DNA of 64,000 nt from Octopus sinensis (Eukaryota), in NCBI RefSeq assembly GCF_006345805.1, contig NC_042999.1:29388001-29452000 (forward strand). The letters are read 5' to 3'. Both the position numbers and the translations under genes were made by a program. Every line of letters begins with the position of its first letter. Position 1 is the first letter of the stretch. This document shows, piece after piece, positions 24,701 through 38,322 of the stretch. The notes under the pieces are model-generated. The model did not search any database and was not told where the DNA came from. It was given only the letters and a program-made list of their open reading frames with translations.

Positions 24701-25945
24701 GTTGTGTATGTAGGTATGCATACGTATTTGGCTTTGTATGCATGAGAGTGTGTACGCGTGAATACGTCTGGGATGCGTGTTTCTATGTGTCTCTGTAGTT
24801 GTGTTGGCAGATATTTGTGTGTGAGGATATGCATGAATGATTGCATGTATGTTTATGTCTGGTATTTATAAGTGGGGTGAGCTCGTCTGGTACCTTTCCG
24901 GGTGTGAGAACATACAGGATTTGTTTGTGAATACGTGTTTGTAATGATGTGTTGGTGGATTTCATTTCGTTGCACACAGGGATAGCAGAATTATTGGGGG
25001 GTTAACAAGATATTTTTCGGAGCTAGGAGAGGAATAGAAAACAGTAAAAGCAATATGCACATATACCTGTAAACACACGTACACACACACACACACACAC
25101 GTACACATATGCTCATACATACACAGATATATAATATAAACATATATATATATATATATATATAAACACATACATAAAGAAATCAATAATAACCTACGCT
25201 AGATGATTGTCATACAGGTACAGCTGATTTTTACGCATTTTTTTTAAATAAAAGAATGAGCGCTTTACTTCATTATAAAGAAATTAACCTTAACTTTGCC
25301 TAGACGGACCCCAGCTACATCCATGTAGTATTTTGGAATATTCTTTCGTTAGCAAAATTAAGTTTTATCTCACGATTATGGTATTTTGTAGTAGGGTAGT
25401 GTTCTCATTCTTCCATTAAAAAGATGCGTAAGCAGCGTTTGTAAAGAGCTGACAATTATCCTCTGCTGGTTATTATACATTTAATTATAATACACCACGG
25501 GGATTTACGACTTCTCAAACATCTTACCGTACACCAACAGCTTACTATTCAAAATCATGCGTGTTTTGGACCAGCCCCTAGGTGCTAAATTCCCACAGGG
25601 TTGCTTTTTTTCTGTGTACTTAACTAGAATATTCTATTTGATACTTACTAAACATAAGCCAGAACCACAGGTTTATGCAAACCTACCTGCTGCATATCTT
25701 TTGAAGTACTTGATTCTTACTGGATTCCTATTTTACTATATACTTACACACGCAGATAAACACTCATACAGATGTACATATATATATATGCATATATGTA
25801 TACATCGTATCTCCGAAAGGCAACAAGGTATTTCAATTGAACGTTGATGGAATATTTGTAGATTTTTAAGCAAAAAGACTAACAAGTCCGGGTTTCGTAT
25901 AAGTACGTTGGTGCCCTGTCGATTATACTCCATACAGTCTTAAGG

Positions 25946-26166
25946 AAATTACTATATTAATGGCAAAGTCATCACGTATAACAAGAGAGGGAGGGGACGT
26001 TTTTCCTCTTCGCTGCGCCTGAGGAAATGCACGCGTATATAACTTCTTGTGAAGTTATTGGGCATCAAGTCAATTTTGTGCTTTATGCCGTTGGATGGCC
26101 TAAATCTGGATATGCGGAACACAGCACTGGAAAGGCAGGGTCCTTCTTGAGGATACACACCCATAG
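25946..26166 (+). CDS. Candidate exon of an unidentified gene (needs one extra G in the run at about 25989-25996)
   Basis: GNYYINGKVITYNKR / GTFFLFAAPEEMHAYITSCEVIGHQVNFVLYAVGWPKSGYAEHSTGKAGSFLRIHTH, ending at AG|gt (phase 2). Confidence 0.35.
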
Positions 26167-27095
26167 GTACACACGTAAATGATACATACCTCCACACAAA
26201 CACACACACATATTTCCACGAATTAACCAATGTTGCCGGCGTGCATTTGACCTCAGGGAGAGCCCAAACCTATACCAATCTCACAGGCTGACTGATAGTT
26301 CACACATACGACGGTAGCTGGTATTATAATACTTCCCTCTTCATTATGTAACTATATACATATTTATGTGTGTGTATGTCTGTGTGTGTGTGTGTGATAG
26401 CGTATGGGTTAATGATTGGGGGTCGTAAGTACTATAACCGGCAACAAGTTGTTTTCTTAAGCAAAATACTGTATTAACGTTGGGACTATACACACAGCGG
26501 TTAGAAATGTGTCCCGATAAATTTCCCTGAGAACTACGTTAAGGATACCCCCTTGTTAGTTTAGTGCACAATCACTCATACTTTAATATCACGAGCATCA
26601 TTTTTAGTTGATATATATAGAGATATAGATAGATATAATACTCATGTATATGCGTCTGTGTGTGTGTTTGTGTGCGTGCGTGTATGTGTCTATGTATGGT
26701 TGCATGTGCATGTTTATAGTGACGCATGCACAATTTAAATCTGTAAACAAATTGTGAATACGTTCGTATTTCACTCTATGCTTTCCCTAGTTACTCTTTA
26801 TCTTCTTCACTCCCGAGTGTACATTCATTTTACATCCATATTAATCCCAGGAACGATTCACTTTTTCCGCCCATTCTAGACTTATCAATAATTTACAAGC
26901 TTGGCGGAGAAAAGATTAATAATTGATAAGGTTTTTTTCAATGATAAACTGTTTAAGAGACAGGAAAGAAAAATTATTATTTTGTGCAATCGTAACAGTA
27001 GGAGAAAAATAATGCGTCCACACATTTTATAGATGTATTTGCTTTTAGGAATCTTATAACCGTAATTATAAACATATGTGTATATATACACACAC

Positions 27096-27153
<58 letters not shown>

Positions 27154-27592
27154 CATGTGTGTGTGTGCGTGCACACACATGAACACATGCATATAAGTAC
27201 ATGTGTGTATGTCCGTGTACGAGGAAATGAGATGTCAAAGGAATAAGCGATGAAGTTCATAAGATAATTGTTTATTTCTTTATCATCTCATTCCCTTATT
27301 GCCGCCCTGTAATCACCAACGCTCCTTGTGAAGCGTTAGTAAGTTGTACACTACTGTATGTGTATTGAATTCTCCACAAGGTTTCTGTCATGATATGTAA
27401 GCAATACACACACACACGTTCTCTTTTTAAAACCCTAACGTAATTATTTTTGGAATTTCTAAATTTAAGCTTTATTATTTCCTTCTGAAATATTTCATTT
27501 CATTATATAATTATACAATATGTTTAGATACGCACCCCTTTCGTGACATGTATGCACAACTGTCTACGCTTAAAAAACTTCCATCTGCACAG

Positions 27593-27653
27593 CGTTTGTC
27601 GAAATTGGATTCCACCAGACGAGATTCTTGGACGCACACCTTTAAAGTTTAAG
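27593..27653 (+). CDS. Candidate 61-nt exon
   Basis: cag| acceptor and AAG|gtaatt donor; the only open frame (VCRNWIPPDEILGRTPLKFK) is phase-compatible with the preceding candidate. Confidence 0.4.
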
Positions 27654-27852
27654 GTAATTGCGTTATTTCAACGAAAAATGTGCTGAGAGAATTAACTTAT
27701 AGTGGCCAATGGCATTTGTTAACCTGTCACTAAACAAGCAGCTGCCTTTAGGAATATACCGATATTCAATATTGTCTAGCGTCGCAGGACAATATTGAGA
27801 AGCATTCCATAATTTAAGATGTCAGGAATTAAACCTCTTCCTAGATTCACAG

Positions 27853-27993
27853 ATACAATGCAATTCAAATGTGATAATTCTCTCACAATCCGTCATTCCA
27901 CTCTTCGTGACAATTATACTACGCATGGTATTTACCCCCAATCGATATTTACCCTCAATTTTAGCCTTGTTTGGTAAATTGGTGTATAGTTGA
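27853..27993 (+). CDS. Candidate terminal exon with a hydrophobic C-terminus
   Basis: Phase-0 after ttcacag|: IQCNSNVIILSQSVIPLFVTIILRMVFTPNRYLPSILALFGKLVYS*. Confidence 0.35.
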   Translation: MQCNSNVIILSQSVIPLFVTIILRMVFTPNRYLPSILALFGKLVYS

Positions 27994-28974
27994 ACCTCTT
28001 CCTACGAGAGGCACGTGGAGATATTTCTTCCTTAAATTGAGTGTGGCGATTGGTGTTCAACTTGGGCTTGTCATCAATGTTTAAGAGAAATTTCAGTGGG
28101 GTTTTATTGTTGACATACTTCCTACATCATGAATCGAAGTAGGAAAATACTGCTCCACATGAATATATCTGTTGGTTTGAAGTCTATATTTCCTTCCAAA
28201 GAGGAAAGATAAGATGATCCACTTTCAGTCCTTTAAGATATTGAAAAATCTCAAATTAGGATTGTTAAGTTTAGCCCAACCTTTATCTGGTCATTTCAAT
28301 ATGTATAACGCTCTCTCTCTCTCTCTCTCTCTTTTCTTTCTTTCTCTCTCTCCTCCTTTATCTCACTCGATCTCTCCAGGCACACAAATTACAAACACGT
28401 GCAAGCATACAGACAGGCACATACTAATGAAAACCATATATACACAAATTCAAGTCTACATTCACACAAATAGACATGTACACATAATGGTTAAGAAAGA
28501 GAGAGAGAGAGAGAGGGACGCACACACACACATATAGACAGGAGAATGCAGAGTGAGAACGACATGGAGGGTAATAGAAAGTTGTGCAGATACATGGCAG
28601 AGTATGATAAAAAGCATCCACCTTGTGAATATTCCACAGATTGCATTTACTTTCGATTATATTATCTTATCTATATTCCCGAAGCACAAGAAGTGTGCTT
28701 GTGATTTAAAGCATTTTTCAATGCTGCTTCTGGCAACCAAGGAGAGTAAAAAAGAGACGTTGATTCATAGGATTTGGCAGACATAATGTTCACAGGATGC
28801 ATTCGTTTATAAATCCATATAGTTGTTCATGCACAAAAGTATGCGTATATTTCTACATCGTGTGTCCAAATGTTGGTATTAGTGTGTCAACGTGAGTCTC
28901 CTAGAAAACGCTAACCTAATATAATTCCAAGCAAATGGCTGGAAATATACTTTTATCACATTTTGACACTAGGC

Positions 28975-29125
28975 CACTAAACTTAGGGCAGGTAAACGTT
29001 ATTTTATCCTACCCGAAAATATGCAAGGCAATGTTGACCTACGCGGAATTTCAACTCAGGACCTAAAGAAGGACGAAATGCAGCGAAGCATTCTTCCAGG
29101 TTCAGTCAGATTGCCGCTATTAAGA
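28975..29125 (-). mobile_element. Diverged SINE (family of 35166-35372)
   Basis: Reverse complement contains catttcgtcc...tcctgagttgaaattccgcgtaggtcaacattgcc. Confidence 0.5.
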
Positions 29126-29537
29126 CTGCTAATATTAAACTATGAAAATAAATCGACATATATGAAAATGCGTAATGTTTATCACATATTACAATTATTA
29201 CTAGAGTCTCCCAAATGTTTGTGTGTGTGTGTGTGTGTTTCCTGCGAGTCTATTTGTCTGTCTGTCTTTGTAAATTTGTGTGCGTGTCGATAAATTTAAC
29301 AGTTCATTCGAGCTGTTAGCAGGCAATAAATTATTCATTCGAGCGTTGGTTAATTGCAAAAAAAGAATATTTTTCTTTTAATTCTAAACAAAAAATTTTA
29401 TTGTATTGCAGTGTATCACATCACTATATTTCATGTGCATCTCATTAGGACTTTCTTCCCCTGGGCTCGATAAATGCCATATCGTATATTAGGTCGTACT
29501 TTTTAAAAGACGGGTCATTCCTTTTGTAACATAGATG

Positions 29538-29599
<62 letters not shown>

Positions 29600-29955
29600 T
29601 AGCTGAAGAACCCATCATTTCTAGGAGATTTCACAAGCAATATATCGCCTTCAATTCGATCTTTTCTATTGCAAGACAAACCATGTTGTACCCTATGCAT
29701 AGAACACTAGATAAAGTCATTTAACTATGATTTCTTAAGAAAGTATCTCATATATCGTCTAACCTGATTCATATTTTGTCCAGCCCGTGACACATTACTG
29801 TGATGATTTGAGCGTGAATTATTAAGTTGTGTATGTATGAAAAAAACAAAAAAAAACATTGACCTCTTATTTTCAAGGGGCATAACTCTAATGAGTAACT
29901 TGCAATATAAGTCATATCAAGAGAGAGAGATGAGCAGCATACATGCAATATATAT

Positions 29956-29987
<32 letters not shown>

Positions 29988-31220
29988 CACCACACACACA
30001 TATATTTATATATATATATCAGAGACAAATAGAATTAGGCAGATTAAAATTTAAGCAAACGTTTTCAATTTAGGACTTTGACTTACAATTTTACGTTGGA
30101 TCTGACTTCATCATTTATTTATTTCAGCCAAAAACCTATATAAATGTTACGTAGGTATAAAGTGTGATCATTTTTACCCAATCCAAAATTTGGATTTGTA
30201 ATATAGCATCTCTTGTGTGAAACAACGTACGACAACGATTTAAACAAAAGGAAACAAATACATGGCAAGACTGAGAGAGGGATAGAGAGATAGGGAGAGC
30301 GGAACAGAAGGAGATAGGGAGAGCAGAAGAGAGAGAGATAGCATGCATGAGAGACATACACAGAGAATAAGAGAGAGAGGGAGAGAGATGGAGAAAAGAG
30401 CTTTGTAAATACATAAACAAAAAGGAAAACCTGTGAGACAGATATAATTGATAGAGAGGGATATATTTACAGACATAGAAGTTCTGTTAATTCTCGTAAA
30501 AACAAATATTTTAGTATTACTGATTACCGATACCGTCCCCTTGTGATGCATATTTCGAAAAGAAAATCCATTTATTTTGAGTACGCAACACTTCGTAGCC
30601 TTTCTGTGATGTACACACATACACACACACACGCATCTACACTCATGTTTATAGTAGATATATATGAATTTTACATTTTTTACCGGTTTCAGGTTAAAAG
30701 ATGTGGTCATGCCGGGGCCCCAACATTAGCTTGCTACTCTTTCACTACTTAAAACGTCATACGATATTCTTCAGTTGGTGAATGAGAGAGTTTGGTGTTA
30801 CTGCCCACATCTGCATTTTGTGCCTTGGAGTCGGTGTATCAGTTTTCTTTTGAAGACATGTACCACTAATCCATGCACAGCTCTCAGCATTCTGAAAGGA
30901 TACCGAAGAATTGTGGGCCATTGAAAACCAGGTTATTGCAATATCTTGTTCTGCCTCCTGATAACGATGTTGGAAACCTTGTCACCATTCAGTGACGCAC
31001 CGTTTTTCCGTTTGTGTAGATTTCAATGCAAATCTTTGTTACAAGCTCGTACAGGTATTTGTAGGTGTATATCACATAATATCCTCCCCGCCTTTCTTCT
31101 ATAGTGTAGAGAGTTACCATTATCAATCGCCCCCAGTAGCTGGCATGTCGTATCGAGCGACACATTAACAGCGAAACGTAACTCGAAATATTCGAGCTAC
31201 GCTATACAAAGAAGATGGAG

Positions 31221-31292
31221 AGGTGGAAATCCACGCCACCATCTCTTCAGTTATCCGGATAACTGAAGAGATGGTGGCGTGGATTTCTACCT
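31221..31292. repeat. Loop-less palindrome with 36-bp arms
   Basis: Centre ttatcc|ggataa at 31256/31257; one mismatch. Confidence 0.9.
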
Positions 31293-31319
31293 CGACATCC
31301 GAAACTCGGAGTTTTATCT
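31257..31319 (+). ncRNA. Type I hammerhead fold starting at the palindrome centre
   Basis: Stem I GGATAA/TTATCT; CTGAAGA 31263-31269; bulged stem II (GAT/ATC, GGTGG/CTACC); GAAA 31301-31304; stem III ACT-CGG-AGT; GUU triplet (T31313). Confidence 0.6.
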
Positions 31320-31422
31320 TCGCTACCGAATGATTGTCACATATTCCTTTTACAGATAAATTCCTCTATTTACATATTAACGAGATATATTTTTATTCAT
31401 TTTGTTATCTTACCGTTTTCAT

Positions 31423-31458
<36 letters not shown>

Positions 31459-31744
31459 TTAAGTTCAGCAAAATTTAGATTCAGATGAATATGGTACTTA
31501 AGTTAAAGTCAGCAGAATTTAGTATGGTACTATCCATATAAATCAAATGGGATGATTATAATCAAAATAAGCAACACAGATATCCAAGGAAGGGTAGTTC
31601 AATTGTTTCATGCTATTTCATTTTATTAAACACTAAGTATTACATCAGTTTTAAAATGTCGAGCAATTTTCAGCCACATGTAGAATTTTTCAATTAAATT
31701 GATAATGCATATTTTTATACGTTTGCCATCATTACAAAGAGGGT

Positions 31745-31792
<48 letters not shown>

Positions 31793-31996
31793 ATATATAT
31801 ATATATACATAAATATAAGTATGTATATAAATTTCAATATATATATATTATATATATTATATATATATATATATATATACATAAACAAACACACACAAAG
31901 ACACACACATACATAAGTGTGAGTGTGCGTGTGTGTGTGTGGAATGTGATATAAATAGAGGGAAACAAATGTGGCCAGTAATGCATTATGACTATA

Positions 31997-32065
<69 letters not shown>

Positions 32066-32884
32066 GTATATTTGAGTACTCGTCTGAGTTTGACTTTAGT
32101 TTCTTTTATATCCCTTTAAACTTTTACCGATTGCCAAATATAGTTTCAAATTTCCTCATTGAAACAATTAGTAAATTAGGCTTAATATCTTAAATTGACT
32201 TAGAAATGTCGGCTAATTAATTTCTTTTATTAGGCGTATCGATTCAACGTAATCATTGTTTTATAAATATAATCGAGGTAATGCTTTCTAGAACCAATAT
32301 CTTGCACTAGAGATAGTACGTTATGTAGTAGAGGTTGAAAAGCAAAATGAAAATAAACAGCATTTTCATCTCAGTTAAATGTTTTCATGAATAACGGGTA
32401 CGCTCATTACAATTCCAAACAGTAGTCATAACATGAAGTTAAAACATGCTTACAATCATTATGGCCAATTGTTTTGTGATAAGCACCAGTATCATTATCA
32501 TTAGAGCATTAATCATCTAAAATCGTTGGTAATATCAGAAATGTCAACAGCATCCACTGTAACAACAATGCAATTTTCACAAATATCTTCTCCAGTCTTT
32601 ATATTGACTTCTTTATAACCTTGCGACATCTAATGTATCAGACATGGAGTCGCCCCTTGTAATGGTAGAAGTAGTAGCGTAGTCGTCCGGAATTGCAATG
32701 TATTTTCATCGTTAATAGGCGGACAATTAAGACAATGCAGATCGGAGAGAAAAAACTACAAAAATCGTGGATTAGCCTTGGCCCGACATCTTTTGACCAC
32801 AGTCCAGCTCGATTCGCATATGAAGCAAAATCTATGCGATAACAAACGACGTATCACGCACATTTTAATAACTGTCACAAGTAC

Positions 32885-32887
32885 ATA

Positions 32888-32945
<58 letters not shown>

Positions 32946-32946
32946 T

Positions 32947-32977
<31 letters not shown>

Positions 32978-32989
32978 GCTATCACCACC

Positions 32990-33038
<49 letters not shown>

Positions 33039-33090
33039 ACTACTACTACTACTGTTACTGCTGCTGCTTTAAGTATATTGTCTGTGCAGT

Positions 33091-33175
<85 letters not shown>
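32885..33175. repeat. (ACT)n followed by (TA)n microsatellites
   Basis: Direct reading. Confidence 0.95.
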
Positions 33176-35165
33176 ATATTACTACTAGATATATACTACG
33201 TAATTTTCTAGAACGAATAAAGGAAAACATCTTGTTCATAATGAGTTAGTTGGTAAAACCGGTTTCAGTTGGCCTAGACACGCCGTAAGTAAGAGAACAC
33301 TTAACTAAACGAAAGTGCTAAACACACATAAAATATACACAGAGGGACAGAAATATTGTTCCGTTAGACGCAAAATTAGAAATTTTATTGATTTAGAGTA
33401 AACACAAAATTCTTATCAGTAGAAAGCAATAAGATTACTTTTTTGAAAATACGAAACTTATGAGAAAAATAAATGTGTTGATTAAACTGAAGCAGCCATG
33501 TTTTTCTAGTAATTTAAAACAAATTACAGAACTGGTGAACAGTTAATAAATACAATTAAATTATGTCAAAGAGAATCATTATCCAGGTAAAAATTACTAA
33601 AAACTATTTTCATTATTCAAACACGTTATGATGGTAACAAGGTAATGATATTATATTTGTATTACGGTAGAGAATGGGATACATAAAACGAGTATTATAT
33701 AAACCCAGTGCAGCACAAAAATAATTTCTCTCTCTAAGAGAATCCTTTACCATCAGATGTGGAATTCGCATTTTATGTCATAAGTTTCCATTTCAAATAT
33801 AATTGCATAACGACGTGGTGCTGCTTTGGTGAGGCAAATGATTAATTCGGTCATATACAATTCAAAGTATAAAAGGACACCCTATATGTCCAATGCGTGC
33901 TTCTGTACGCTGCAATTCCAGGTAGAAAATACAAATAGTGAATTATAGATAAAAAATTGTCAGTTGTGGTTTGGTTCCTCTAAATGCATTCTAACGAGCA
34001 AGACGGTCACTTGAACGACGTCATTCAACTGGACAAGCACAAAATTATGTACCCAAAGTACAATCAATTAAATTGTACTCTAATTAAATTTTTTATGGTA
34101 TTTATGTTAGAAATGAATTACTTCTCAGTAAAGCATAAAATGTATTTGTGCAGGTGTTTATAGTTACAAACTGAAATGTAACTGAAACAGCGAATGTAAT
34201 CCCCTTCTCTTCCCATGGCCCATGTTCCAAGTTATGACTTCTATGTAAGATGTTATATTCACAATCCGTTCTTCACAGGATATCATTAATATATCTTAAA
34301 TTATTGTGAAAATTCCGAACTCTTAAAGAATCTAAGCAATACGTTTCATTTGCTTAATTAGTTTATATATTATAAACTAATTTAGTGTTTGCATTGGTTT
34401 GCTATGTCTGTAGGAGAGCGCTGTCTTATGATTTTTCGGCTTTCAAGTTATTCGAAATAGTAATAAATTGTCCTTATTACTTCGTAAATGATAGACAGCT
34501 TCAAGGAAGCAATTTCCATAATGTGATTACTATAAAATATATATATTCAGTTTTCCTAACTATGCTCTCTGTTCAGTCTTCAGTCGAGTATGCGGTACAC
34601 TTCTTTTTTGCCAGAAACCAAACGTTTTATCTGGGTAAGGGAAATACAAATCATACACATAATTATTTGGCCAATTTACTGGATCTTTGCCTTCCTGTTT
34701 ATAATATTTAGAAATATGAATATTTTCTATAACTATGAGTGTATGATATTCTCACTGCAATCTGTGAGTAATCATCATTTTTACCAACACCGTAAGTGCC
34801 ATCCGTAGAAGTGAACACACTAACTTAAAATATCAATATAGATTTTTAAGAAACATGATGGAAATAACAACGGTGAACAAATACTCACAGTGATTGGGAA
34901 AAGTAACAATCTTGCACAAGAACAACACCACCAATAACAGTGTACGACAGTAAAGGTAACAATGAAACCGGTATTGCAACACATTAACACATCTACTAAA
35001 GCAAAACCGTTGGCAACACCGGCAAGAGCTAAGATAACTTGTCCAGAATTACATCACACGCGTTTACAGGAACAATAGCAACACTTTGCTATAAAGTCTG
35101 CCGTTTAGAAGTCACCCCAAGCTGACCATCAACGAATAAGACGCTACTGTCACCTTATTAAGTTG

Positions 35166-35372
35166 GTTAGCTGGCAGAAACGTTAGCCTGCCGGTCGAAA
35201 TGCCTAGATGTATTTCGTCTGCCGTTACGTTCTGAGTTCAGATTCCGCCGAGGTCAACTTTGCCTTTCATTCTTTCGGGGTCGATTAAATAAGTACCAGT
35301 TGAACACTAGGGTCGATATAATCGACTAGTCCTCTCCCTCCAAATTTGAATCCTTGTGCCTCCAATAGAAAA
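35166..35372 (+). mobile_element. tRNA-derived SINE
   Basis: agctggcagaaacgttagc (A-box-like) and gagttcagattcc (B-box-like), then gcctttcattctttcggggtcgat. Confidence 0.75.
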
Positions 35373-36089
35373 GATTAAGTTGGTTAGCCCGACAGTTGTT
35401 GTTTCTCCTCCTCTCTTTTCCATTCTCCTCAAACTACTACTATTACCGCTACTAATACTACTACTAATTTGCAAAGCAGACATAACAGTGTTAGTCGACA
35501 CTCTGTCTCATGAAGGTCACTGCTAGTGTTCACTACGCATGCAACCGCGTGCTGGCTGACTATTGGCGCGCTACACAACTAGTCCGGAAACTTTTTAACA
35601 CCAGCCAGTATTCCCCATTGTTAGAAGAACAGGAAAGAAGAATTCGGCCGTCTTAACTGGATTTAGCTTAACTGATCCTAAATTCTGAGTTATGCCATAA
35701 TGGTGGATAGAGAAAGAGGACGGAATAGTTCTATACAAAGACACTAGTTATGATCAACATTTCAGTGAAATGCATAAAAGCGGAAGGTATTAAGCGGGAA
35801 TATATGTACGCATTTCACTCTTTGTTAGTCATTCCTCAGGATTCATGAAATGAAGTAACAGTCACTCCACCTGAGAAAGAGTTCCCTATAATATCACCAG
35901 TAAATATTAACAATAATTGATGGCATCAAGTCAGTACTGTTATTACGGAAACACGCCCTCCTTTAAAGTACGATCTGAATGTACTGGGTTATTAGAAAAT
36001 TGGGAACTTAACAGCTAGTAATGGCTGAAAAGAAGCGTAGACATTAGGAATTGCTTGAGGCACTCGGAACAAAGCTTATGGTACTTCTT

Positions 36090-36318
36090 ACTCTTTACTC
36101 TTTACTCTTTTACTTGTTTCAGTCATTTGACTGCGGCCATGCTGGAGCACCGCCTTTAGTCGAGCAAATCGACCGCGAGACTTATTCTTTGTAAGCCCAG
36201 TACTTATTCTATCATTCTCCTTTTGCCGAACCGCTAAGTGACGGGGACATAAACACACCAACATCGGTTGTCAAGCAATGCTAGGGGGACATACACAGAC
36301 ACACAAATACACACACAT

Positions 36319-36359
<41 letters not shown>

Positions 36360-36522
36360 CGACATACTTCTTTCTGTTTCCTTCTACCAAATCCACTCAC
36401 AAGGCATTGGTCGGCCCGGGGCTATAGCAGAAGGCACTTGCCCAAGATGCCACGCAGTGTGACTGAACCAGAAACCATGTGGTTGGTTAGCAAGCTACTT
36501 ACCACACAGCCACTCCCGCGCC
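36090..36522 (-). mobile_element. Full-length tRNA-derived SINE with an internal (TA)(TG) microsatellite
   Basis: Minus strand: A box tggctgtgtgg, B box ggttcagtc, ttgggcaag, tail (gtaaaaga)n. Confidence 0.85.
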
Positions 36523-36954
36523 CATAGACAAGGTTTCTATTTCGGTCTCAATTATTCTGCACGTAGACATGTAGATTTCAAAAACAGACAGGAAATGACG
36601 TCAGAATATATTGGGGAAAAGGAAAGATTCCCAAAGTTATTAGGAGATGAAAATGTACTAAATACAATGGACACATTAAATTTTCAATGAATGTTTGGAC
36701 AAGATACTGCAACCCAATGTATCTATAAATGTATAACCGAATAAAAAAAGAAGGGCAGTATTTTTCAGTTGCAGTTAGATAATCCTTTATTGCTTTACAC
36801 TACTTCGAATTTAGTTACAGTGATAAGATAAAAACCTTGTTTATGTATATTATGGTAGTAGAATAGTATTTAACTGCTATTTCTAAACATGGGTATGTGG
36901 TAAAGCAATTTTTGCTGAACCCTAATTTATAATTATGCTTATAATTATAGAATT

Positions 36955-36985
<31 letters not shown>

Positions 36986-38105
36986 GTTTGCGTACATGTA
37001 GGTGAGTATACATACCCACACACACATCAAATTCAATACACAAAAGAAACAGCTATTAACAGTTTCATGGCTTTCTGATATTTGAATAGCCATATTTATA
37101 AAATACGCCATGTATCTTACAACAATCATTTGTGGTCAGCTTTGAAATGTGAAATATTAGGTGAACAAGTAAAACCGTCAATTACATTTAGCCCTTACAA
37201 CAGGATAAAGTTACATAATAAATATATAAGCTTTGTGTCATTACTAGTTATTCACCTAATCCTGGATTCTATCTGAACGACATATATAAGAACGCTTTAT
37301 TTATCATGCTTTTCAAATTCACTTATTACTTTATATGTATATATATTTATATATATATTAATTTACATACATGTGTCGTGTATATGTAAATGTATTTGCA
37401 TTTACTAATGTGTATGAGTGTGTCTGTGTTAGCACATAGATATCTGAACTATGAAGGTAGAATATTAATAAACGGTTTGAATTATAGCTATAACGGTAGA
37501 ACGAAACCTTATTAGTGTTATGTAAGTGTTGTGCAACTGCTTTTTATTCACTTAACCCTGTTACTGCGTCGAAAACATGGCTTGTACAAACTCAATTTGC
37601 CACAATTCAAAGAAATTCCATATTTCTAACCATATATAATGTGAAGTTTCTGAAAATTAAAAGCCATATGTCATTAGTCATAAATATATATTATAAACAC
37701 CGAAGCACATTTCGAAATCACAGCATTACATCCACCTTGTGATGCAAAAACCTGCTGCATCGTAATATACATTACATTGGTTTCAAAAGATGTCCTTGTT
37801 TTCTTTTTTTAAAAAAAATTATAATTCATATATATTTGCATTAAAAGAGTACTTATTTTGAGATTCATAACGTGTAAATATAATTACCTGGCACTTAATG
37901 TTTGAATGCCGTTGACTAATCATGCGCATATATCTGTAATAAAGCTATTAAGAATTAAAATAGGTCCCAGTATCCTTTTTAAAATATTTGCAATGCTGGC
38001 GCAAATTTGCAAATTCTATCTAACATTTTCTGTGACGTTATATGCCTGTGTGCGATTATATGTATACGGACACATGCATACACACACACACATTTATATA
38101 TATAT

Positions 38106-38153
<48 letters not shown>

Positions 38154-38185
38154 ACAACCACACACATGCTATATATATGGATATG

Positions 38186-38208
38186 GTAAGAGATAGACAG
38201 ATAGATAA

Positions 38209-38269
<61 letters not shown>

Positions 38270-38322
38270 AAGAAAGAAAGATAGGTAGGTATGTAGATAG
38301 ATAGAAAGATGGATAGATAGAT
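38186..38322. repeat. (AGAT)n microsatellite
   Basis: Direct reading. Confidence 0.95.

Noticed and set aside
29598-29640. CTGAAGA after (TA)n
   Set aside because: The context ctagctgaagaaccc resembles a reversed Helitron 3' end, and there are no ribozyme stems.
35500-35620. GC-richer stretch with ATTGG and CGCG, promoter-like
   Set aside because: Short motifs only; no linked transcript evidence.
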